Source: Bellilinea caldifistulae
GTDB lineage: Bacteria > Chloroflexota > Anaerolineae > Anaerolineales > Anaerolineaceae
Assembly: GCF_001306055.1 (NCBI RefSeq)
Contig: NZ_LGHJ01000024.1
Coordinates: 1 to 32,000 of the forward strand
Direction of reading: 5' to 3'
DNA: 32,000 bases
Shown: piece after piece, positions 24,603 to 32,000 of the stretch
Numbering within the stretch: position 1 is the stretch's first letter
Layout of the letters: each line of letters opens with the position of its first letter
The notes under the pieces: generated by a model
What the model was told of the DNA's origin: nothing
Seen by the model: the letters and a program-made list of their open reading frames with translations, nothing else
The model's database searches: none
Position numbers and translations under genes: made by a program

Positions 24603-25450
24603 ATGGCAGAACGAGTCAACACCAACGTGACCTACATCCGACCGGCGCGCGGCTGGATCAACATCAACCTGCGCGATCTTTGGCTCTACCGCGAACTGGT
24701 CTATTTCCTCACCTGGCGGGATATTAAAGTGCGCTATAAGCAGGCAGTCCTTGGCATCGGCTGGGCAATTTTTCAACCTGTGCTGAGCATGGTCATCTTT
24801 ACGGTCATTTTCAACCGCTTTTTAGGCGTTAAACCGGATGCTGGCATTCCCAACGAGTTCTACCCGATCTTCGGTTTTGCAGCCTTGCTGCCATGGCAGT
24901 TTTTTCAGGGGGCGCTGCAGCGCGCCAGCATCAGTCTGGTGACCAACGCCAACCTGCTCACCAAGGTCTATTTTCCTCGCCTGATCATCCCCCTTTCGGC
25001 GGTGGCTGCCGGGCTGGTTGATTTCTTCTTTTCTTTCATCGTGCTGGCTGCCATGATGATCTACTTTGGCGTGCCGTTTACGAGCCGTCTGTTGTGGCTG
25101 CCACTCTTTTTGTTGCTGGCCCTTTTAGCGGCGCTGGCGGTGGGGCTTTGGCTATCGGCGCTCAATGTCCAGTACCGCGATGTGCAGCACATGGTTCCGT
25201 TTCTTCTGACGGCCTGGATGTACGCCTCGCCAGTGGTGTACTCGGCCGAAGTCATCACCGTTTCCCCGTTCTGGCAGGCAGTTTATGCCCTCAACCCGAT
25301 GGTTGGAGTCATTCAGGGTTTCCGCTGGGCATTATTCGGCACCAACCCACCCGGTCTTTCCATGCTGGTTTCGGCCGGGGTGGTGCTGGTTTTGTTTGTA
25401 TCAGGCCTGTTTTACTTCCGGCGCATGGAGCGCATTTTTGCGGATATGAT

Positions 25451-25454
<4 letters not shown>
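24603..25454 (+). CDS. wzm: ABC-2 type polysaccharide/teichoic-acid export permease (Wzm/TagG/KpsM class)
   Basis: LWLYRELVYFLTWRDIKVRYKQAVLGIGWAIFQPVLSM signature and 6 TM helices. 283 aa. Confidence 0.8.
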
Positions 25455-26701
<1,247 letters not shown>

Positions 26702-26704
26702 CTT

Positions 26705-28327
26705 ATGACACCTTCTGGAAAAGACACCATCAAACGAATTTTGGGAAACATTCCCTTCACGGCAGAGTTGTATTATCTGGTGCGCCAACGCGGTAAACCG
26801 CTGCGCACGCGTTTTTCTCTACGGAATTTGCAAACCCACCTGCCGGAAATCAGCCGTCAGGCAGCCGAATTACGCCAGACCGCCCCGCCCGGCAAAAAGA
26901 TTTTCATCTTTGCCACCCTGCACTACTGGATTGAACACGCCGCACTGGTAGGAATGGCGCTGGCAGCCCAGGGGCATAAAGTGACTCTCGGTTACCTGCC
27001 CTATGCGGACTGGCAAAACGACATCAACCGTTTTGACCTGCGCCGGCAGAATGCCTACGCCCGCAAGGTGCTGGAAGAAGCCCGTCCCTTGATGGATTCA
27101 GTTTCTTTTATCTCCGTGCGCGCCCCTTACACCCCGCTGCCCGCTGATCTGGCTGCCGCCGTGCAGGAAGTCAGCACCTATGATGCGCAGTATACCCTGC
27201 AGGTGGAAGAAATTGACCCGCAATCCGAGATTTATAAACTGCGTTTCAACCGCAACCGCGAGATTGCCCAAGGCGTGCTGGCGTACCTGCGCCAGAACCG
27301 CCCGGATGTGGTTGTTGTCCCCAACGGCACGATTCAGGAATTGGGCGTGGTTTATCGGGTTGCCCGCCATCTCAAATTGCCGGTAGTTACCTATGAGTTC
27401 AGCGATCAGCGTCAGCGCATCTGGCTGGCTTATAACAGCGAGGTGATGCGGCAGGATACGGCGAAACTGTGGGAAGCCAGCAAAGACCAGCCGCTTCGCG
27501 AAGATCAGCTGGAGCGGATGCGCAGTCTGATGATGGCGCGTCAGCGGGCGGCCATGTGGGAAAACTTCGCCCGCCTGTGGCAGGGCAAACCCGCCGAAGG
27601 CGGGGAGCAAGCCCGCCGCAAACTGGGGTTGGATCAACGCCCGGTGGTGTTGTTAGCCACCAACGTCCTGGGTGACAGTCTGACGCTGGGGCGGCAGGTC
27701 TTTTCCAAGTCCATGGCGGAGTGGATCAGCCGCACCGTCCAGTACTTCATCGGCCGGCCGGATGTACAGCTGGTCATCCGCATCCACCCCGGTGAGGTGC
27801 TGACCCACGGGCAATCCATGGCGGATGTGGTGCAGGAAGTCCTGCCGCGCCTGCCGGAAAACATCCGCCTGATCCGCGCCAGCGACGAGATCAACACCTA
27901 CGATCTGATTGAGGTAGCCGATGTGGGGCTGGTCTATACCACGACGGTTGGCCTTGAAATGGCCATGATGGGCCTGCCGGTGATTGTGGCCGGGCAGACT
28001 CACTACCGCGAGCGCGGCTTTACCTATGACCCGGATTCGTGGGTAACCTACTTCAAACTGCTGGGGCATATTCTTGAAAACCCAGCCGAATACCGTCTGA
28101 GCCGCGAGCAGGTCAATCAGGCATGGCAGTATGCCTACCGTTTCTTCTTTGATTACCCCCAGCCTTTCCCGTGGCATCTGGTGCGGTTGTGGGAAGATTA
28201 CCAGAATACCGATTTAAAGACCGCCCTGACCGGCAGCGAAAGCGAAGGTTATCGCCGATCATTCCGTTTTCTGGCGGGTGAGCCGGTCAACTGGGATTAC
28301 ATCAAGAACAACGGCGGTAAATCCTGA
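26705..28327 (+). CDS. GT-B-like transferase resembling capsule biosynthesis proteins KpsC/KpsS (Capsule_synth family)
   Basis: PVVLLATNVLGDSLTLG, QLVIRIHPGE and VADVGLVYTTTVGLEMAMMGLPVIVAGQTHY match the LQxxxD / HP / vvt.nStvGlEAl..gkPV...G.a.Y blocks I associate with KpsC/KpsS beta-Kdo transferases. 540 aa. Confidence 0.45.
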   Translation: MTPSGKDTIKRILGNIPFTAELYYLVRQRGKPLRTRFSLRNLQTHLPEISRQAAELRQTAPPGKKIFIFATLHYWIEHAALVGMALAAQGHKVTLGYLPYADWQNDINRFDLRRQNAYARKVLEEARPLMDSVSFISVRAPYTPLPADLAAAVQEVSTYDAQYTLQVEEIDPQSEIYKLRFNRNREIAQGVLAYLRQNRPDVVVVPNGTIQELGVVYRVARHLKLPVVTYEFSDQRQRIWLAYNSEVMRQDTAKLWEASKDQPLREDQLERMRSLMMARQRAAMWENFARLWQGKPAEGGEQARRKLGLDQRPVVLLATNVLGDSLTLGRQVFSKSMAEWISRTVQYFIGRPDVQLVIRIHPGEVLTHGQSMADVVQEVLPRLPENIRLIRASDEINTYDLIEVADVGLVYTTTVGLEMAMMGLPVIVAGQTHYRERGFTYDPDSWVTYFKLLGHILENPAEYRLSREQVNQAWQYAYRFFFDYPQPFPWHLVRLWEDYQNTDLKTALTGSESEGYRRSFRFLAGEPVNWDYIKNNGGKS

Positions 28328-28342
28328 CAAAGGCGTGATTGG

Positions 28343-29215
28343 ATGAGCGAAACCCGGGTTAAACAAAAAGTGCGTGAGTTTTACGATCAGGTCGGCTGGC
28401 AAACCGTCAGCGATGGCCTGTATCAAAACGCGCGCTATGAAGACCTGCGGCCAGTATCCCGTGAGTACATTCACCGCTGCCACCTGCGGGTTAACCGGCA
28501 TCTTGCACCGCAGGGTCGGTTTTTACTGGATGCCGGTTCCGGGCCGGTGCAGTACCCCGAATACCTGACGTATTCGCAGGGCTATCGTTACCGCGTGTGC
28601 GCCGATATTTCGATCCTCGCCTTGCGGGAAGCCCGCAAGCGACTGGGTGATCATGGGTTGTTTGTGGTTGCGGATGTTGCCAATTTGCCCTTCCGCGCGG
28701 ATGTGTTCGAGGGGGTGGTGTCCCTTCACACCCTCCATCATCTGCCTTTGAATGAGCAAAAACAAGCCTATCATGAACTCTACCGCGTCTTAACTCCCGG
28801 ACGCAGTCTGGCAGTGGTCAACGGCTGGACGGATTCACCACTCATGCGTCGGTTTGGCTGGCTGGTGAACCTGATGGAGACCATCGGTAAGTGGATTGCC
28901 CGATTGCGCGGCAAAGAAAAAGCAACACCCCGCAACGACGGGAAAACCGCCGTTCCTGTTAAGGCAACCCCAACCGGCACCTTTGTGGAAAAACTGGACG
29001 CAGCCTGGCTGCGCCGCGAATTAGCCGAATTAAGTCCCCAAATCTGGGTCTGGCGGAGCGTCAGCGTACGCTTTTTGCGCGCCGTCATTCACCGCCTTCT
29101 GGCCGGGCGTCTGTGGTTGCGTTTGTTATACGCGCTGGAAGAACGATTTCCGCATTATTTTGGTGAAAAGGGGCAATACCCCCTGATTGTGATTGATAAA
29201 CCGAAAGGATCATGA
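28343..29215 (+). CDS. Class I SAM-dependent methyltransferase with a C-terminal extension of about 100 aa
   Basis: Motif I LLDAGSGPVQ, plus VADVANLPFRADVFEGVVSLHTLHHL. 290 aa. Confidence 0.7.
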   Translation: MSETRVKQKVREFYDQVGWQTVSDGLYQNARYEDLRPVSREYIHRCHLRVNRHLAPQGRFLLDAGSGPVQYPEYLTYSQGYRYRVCADISILALREARKRLGDHGLFVVADVANLPFRADVFEGVVSLHTLHHLPLNEQKQAYHELYRVLTPGRSLAVVNGWTDSPLMRRFGWLVNLMETIGKWIARLRGKEKATPRNDGKTAVPVKATPTGTFVEKLDAAWLRRELAELSPQIWVWRSVSVRFLRAVIHRLLAGRLWLRLLYALEERFPHYFGEKGQYPLIVIDKPKGS

Positions 29216-29248
29216 CCCGCCCGTTGGGCGGAGGTGGAGGAAGCCAGC

Positions 29249-30256
29249 ATGGATTGGAGCGATAAAGTTGTTCTGGTGACCGGTGGTACCGGGTCGTTTG
29301 GAAAGAAATTCATCCGTATTTTGCTGGATGAGTACCGCCCGCTGAAGGTGATTGTCTTCAGCCGCGACGAATTGAAGCAACACGAGATGCGCCAGGCCGG
29401 TTTTGATGACAAACGGCTGCGTTATTTCATCGGTGATGTGCGCGATAAAGACCGCCTGCACCGCGCCTTCAACGGTGTGGATGTGGTAGTTCACGCCGCT
29501 GCGCTCAAACAGGTGCCAGCCTGCGAATACAACCCGATGGAAGCCATCAAAACCAACATCCTCGGCAGCAGTAATGTGATTGATGCCGCGTTGGATACCG
29601 GCGTCAGCCGTGTGATTGCTCTCAGCACTGATAAGGCGGTTAACCCGGTCAACCTGTACGGAGCCACAAAACTGGCTGCTGAAAAATTGTTCATCCAATC
29701 CAACAGTTACGCCGGCGGCATGACTACCCGTTTTGCCTGCGTCCGCTATGGTAATGTGGTGGGCAGCCGCGGCAGCGTTGTGCCGGTTTTCCTCAAACAA
29801 CGTGAAAATGGAGTCATCACCATCACCGATAAACGCATGACCCGTTTCTGGATCTCGCTGGAACAGGGCGTGCGGTTTGTGCTGCGCTGTGCCGAGCAGA
29901 TGCTGGGCGGCGAGGTGTTTGTGCCAAAGATCCCCAGCATGAAAGTGGTGGATCTGGCAAAGGCCGTAGCGCCGCGCGCCGAAATTGAGACAATCGGTAT
30001 CCGTCCGGGTGAAAAACTGCACGAAGTGCTGATTTCCGAGGACGAAGCCCGCACCACTGTGGAGTTGGAGGATATGTATGTGGTACAACCGGCTGAAACG
30101 CTCTGGTTTGGCCGGGAATGGGAAAAACGCGGCAAACCTCTGCCGGACGGCTTCCGTTATGCCAGCAACACCAACACCGACTGGCTGACGATTGAGAAAA
30201 TTCGTGAGATCATCCGTCCGATTGAAGAGGCCTACAAACAGGGAACCCTGGAATGA
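29249..30256 (+). CDS. UDP-GlcNAc 4,6-dehydratase of the PseB/FlaA1/CapD-CapE (FnlA) class
   Basis: VLVTGGTGSFGKKF, VVHAAALKQVP, the STDKAVNPVNLYGATKLAAEK motif and RYGNVVGSRGSV. ATG 29249 has GGAGGAAG upstream. The inverting (Pse) versus FnlA-type subclass cannot be told by eye. Confidence 0.75.
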   Translation: MDWSDKVVLVTGGTGSFGKKFIRILLDEYRPLKVIVFSRDELKQHEMRQAGFDDKRLRYFIGDVRDKDRLHRAFNGVDVVVHAAALKQVPACEYNPMEAIKTNILGSSNVIDAALDTGVSRVIALSTDKAVNPVNLYGATKLAAEKLFIQSNSYAGGMTTRFACVRYGNVVGSRGSVVPVFLKQRENGVITITDKRMTRFWISLEQGVRFVLRCAEQMLGGEVFVPKIPSMKVVDLAKAVAPRAEIETIGIRPGEKLHEVLISEDEARTTVELEDMYVVQPAETLWFGREWEKRGKPLPDGFRYASNTNTDWLTIEKIREIIRPIEEAYKQGTLE

Positions 30257-31191
30257 TGCGGATTCTGGTCACAGGTGCCAGCGGCTTGCTGGGCTTGAAC
30301 TTTGCCCTGCGTTACCACGCCGATCATCAGGTCAGCGGGGTGGTTCACCGCAACCCGCTGCGCAACCCGCCCTTTCGGCAAATCGTCGCCGACCTGAGCG
30401 ACCCAAAAATGCTCGAAGCCGTGTTGGAGCAGACTCAACCGGAGGTGGTGCTGCATTGTGCTGCGCTGGCCAATCTGGACGAATGCGAACGCAACCCCCA
30501 GCGCGCGGTTGAGATCAATGTGAACCTGCCGGCGGCGTTGGCGCGTTGCGCTGCGCGGGATGGCTTTCGGCTGGTGCATCTTTCTACCGACGCGGTTTTT
30601 GACGGACAGCGTGGTGACTACACCGAAGAGGATACCCCCAACCCCTTGAGTGTGTATGCCCGCACCAAGCGGCAGGCCGAACTGCGCGTCCTGGAAACCT
30701 GTCCGCAAGCGCTGGTGGCACGGGTTAATTTTTACGGGTGGAGCCTTTCCGGTCAGCGAAGTTTGGGGGAGTTTTTCTTTTATAACTTGAAAGAAGGCAG
30801 GCCGGTCAAGGGCTTTACGGATGTGTTGTTTTGCCCGCTGGAGGCCACCCAACTGGCCGATCTTTTGCTGAGTCTGGTTCGTAAGGGCGCTGCGGGTTTG
30901 TTCCACGTGGTCAGCAGCGAGTGCCAGTCCAAATATCAGTTTGGGGTGAGCATTGCCCGCCGGTTTGGGCTGGATGAAAGGTTGATCGAACCGGTTTCGG
31001 TGATGGAGGGGGGGCTGGTTGCCCGGCGTTCGCCCAATTTACGCCTGCGCACCGATAAACTGCGTGAGGCGCTTGGCGAATCTCCACCCGGGCAGGCGGA
31101 GGCTCTGGAGCGTTTTTATGAATTGTATTTATCCGGTTATCCGCAGCGAGTCCGCTCGCTGGCGGATGGCCGTGGAAGCCAATCGGCCTAA
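30253..31191 (+). CDS. RmlD-like SDR sugar-nucleotide 4-reductase
   Basis: ILVTGASGLLG, VLHCAALANLDECE, STDAVFDG and YARTKRQAE (YxxxK). 312 aa. The start overlaps the upstream stop (ATGA). Confidence 0.65.
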   Translation: MMRILVTGASGLLGLNFALRYHADHQVSGVVHRNPLRNPPFRQIVADLSDPKMLEAVLEQTQPEVVLHCAALANLDECERNPQRAVEINVNLPAALARCAARDGFRLVHLSTDAVFDGQRGDYTEEDTPNPLSVYARTKRQAELRVLETCPQALVARVNFYGWSLSGQRSLGEFFFYNLKEGRPVKGFTDVLFCPLEATQLADLLLSLVRKGAAGLFHVVSSECQSKYQFGVSIARRFGLDERLIEPVSVMEGGLVARRSPNLRLRTDKLREALGESPPGQAEALERFYELYLSGYPQRVRSLADGRGSQSA

Positions 31192-31216
31192 TTTCTGAGA
31201 AGAAGGAGACAGTCAG

Positions 31217-32000
31217 ATGTCCGTAGAAATCAAAATTGGAAATCGAATCATCGGCGACAATCACCCCACTTACTTTGTGGCTGACATTGCCGCCAACCAT
31301 GATGGCAGTCTGGAACGTGCCAAGTATCTGATCAAGCTTGCCAAACAAGCCGGCGCCGATGCGGCCAAGTTTCAGAACTTTGCCGCACCAAAAATCGTTT
31401 CGGATTACGGCTTCAAGGCGCTGGGTTCGCAGCAATCCCATCAGGCCAGCTGGAAGCGTTCGGTTTTTGAAGTCTATCAATCGGCTTCCATTCCCTTTGA
31501 ATGGACGTATGAGCTTAAGGAAACCTGCGACAAAGTTGGGATTGATTACTTTTCCGCGCCGTATGACTTCGAAGCGATTGATTTCCTTGATGAACATATG
31601 CCGGTTTACAAAATCGGCTCCGGCGATATTGACTGGCTGGAAGCCATTGAGCGGATTGCCCGCAAGGGCAAGCCGGTCTTTCTGGCAACAGGGGCATCCA
31701 ATATCGGTGATGTCCAGCGCGCCGTCCATACCGTGCTGGCGCATAATCCCCAACTGGTGCTGATGCAGTGCAACACCAACTACACCGGTAGTATCGAGAA
31801 TTTCAAACATGTTCACCTGAATGTGTTGAAAACCTACCGCGCCATGTTCCCGAACGTGGTGCTGGGACTTTCGGATCATACCCCCGGACATGCTGCGGTT
31901 TTGGGCGCGGTGGCGTTAGGCGCAAGGGTGATCGAAAAACACTTTACCGATGACAACACCCGCGAAGGCCCGGATCATGCCTTTGCCCTTGATCCGATTG
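31217..32000 (+). CDS. NeuB-family nonulosonic/sialic-acid synthase (NeuB/PseI/LegI/SpsE class), 3' end outside the window
   Basis: I translated this ORF by hand because it has no stop in the window. It reads MSVEIKIGNRIIGDNHPTYFVADIAANHDGSLERAKYLIKLAKQAGADAAKFQNF...YKIGSGDIDW...LGLSDHTPGH...GARVIEKHFT. GAAGGAGA lies 9 nt upstream of the ATG. Confidence 0.75.
   Translation, partial: MSVEIKIGNRIIGDNHPTYFVADIAANHDGSLERAKYLIKLAKQAGADAAKFQNFAAPKIVSDYGFKALGSQQSHQASWKRSVFEVYQSASIPFEWTYELKETCDKVGIDYFSAPYDFEAIDFLDEHMPVYKIGSGDIDWLEAIERIARKGKPVFLATGASNIGDVQRAVHTVLAHNPQLVLMQCNTNYTGSIENFKHVHLNVLKTYRAMFPNVVLGLSDHTPGHAAVLGAVALGARVIEKHFTDDNTREGPDHAFALDPI

Noticed and set aside
25094-25450. 119-codon N-terminal extension of wzt given by the ORF track
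   Set aside because: The extension lies wholly inside wzm in another frame. ATG 25451 gives the canonical ATGA coupling and the conserved N-terminus of this ATPase class (IRANHLGKQY).
29210-30088. 292-aa minus-strand ORF opposite the PseB-like gene
   Set aside because: It is antisense to a CDS with unambiguous SDR and dehydratase motifs and has no motifs of its own.
30911-31891. 326-aa minus-strand ORF opposite the RmlD-like end and the NeuB-like gene
   Set aside because: The + strand frame starting at 31217 translates into a clear NeuB-family protein with a good SD. The minus ORF is an antisense artefact. The real gene is missing from the ORF track only because it has no stop codon in the window.

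Overview
32 kb chromosomal segment from a bacterium whose flanks are about 58-60% GC. The organism may be Chloroflexota/Anaerolineae-like, judging from Pro/Thr-tethered lipoproteins, a DUF5667-type anti-sigma partner and an EPS-type MarR regulator, but this is only a guess. Three parts. (1) 0-15.6 kb is a mixed housekeeping/accessory region. It holds a possible IS transposase 5' end at the left edge, an ABM-fold protein, an FGase-like hydrolase and an MFS transporter. It also holds a YcaQ-like DNA glycosylase, a CHASE4-HAMP-PAS-GAF-HD-GYP sensor, a lipoprotein serpin and an acyl-ACP thioesterase. An ECF sigma gene is followed by a membrane partner carrying six near-identical 66-nt in-frame repeats. 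The rest is a CrtI-like oxidoreductase, dCMP deaminase, a PIN-toxin relic, an HExxH membrane peptidase and a WD40 lipoprotein. (2) 15.64-22.26 kb is a sharply AT-rich island: spot counts give 30-40% GC on 60-nt lines, rising to about 45-50% in its last gene. It encodes a large GT-C-like polytopic membrane protein, a small lipoprotein and a Cys-free secreted protein of 494 aa built from four modules. It also encodes a SAM methyltransferase, an MprF-flippase-domain-like membrane protein and a GtrB/DPMS-like GT2. I read this as a horizontally acquired, self-contained extracytoplasmic glycosylation kit with a candidate surface-protein cargo, and it is my best candidate for an undescribed system. 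(3) 23.1 to beyond 32 kb is one long + strand glycan operon behind a textbook sigma70-type promoter. Its order is EPS-type MarR regulator, GDP-fucose synthase, Wzm, Wzt with a C-terminal extension, a KpsC/KpsS-like transferase, a methyltransferase, a PseB/CapD-like dehydratase, an RmlD-like reductase and a NeuB-family synthase cut by the window end. No rRNA, tRNA or CRISPR array was found. All family calls come from motif recognition by eye; no searches were run.
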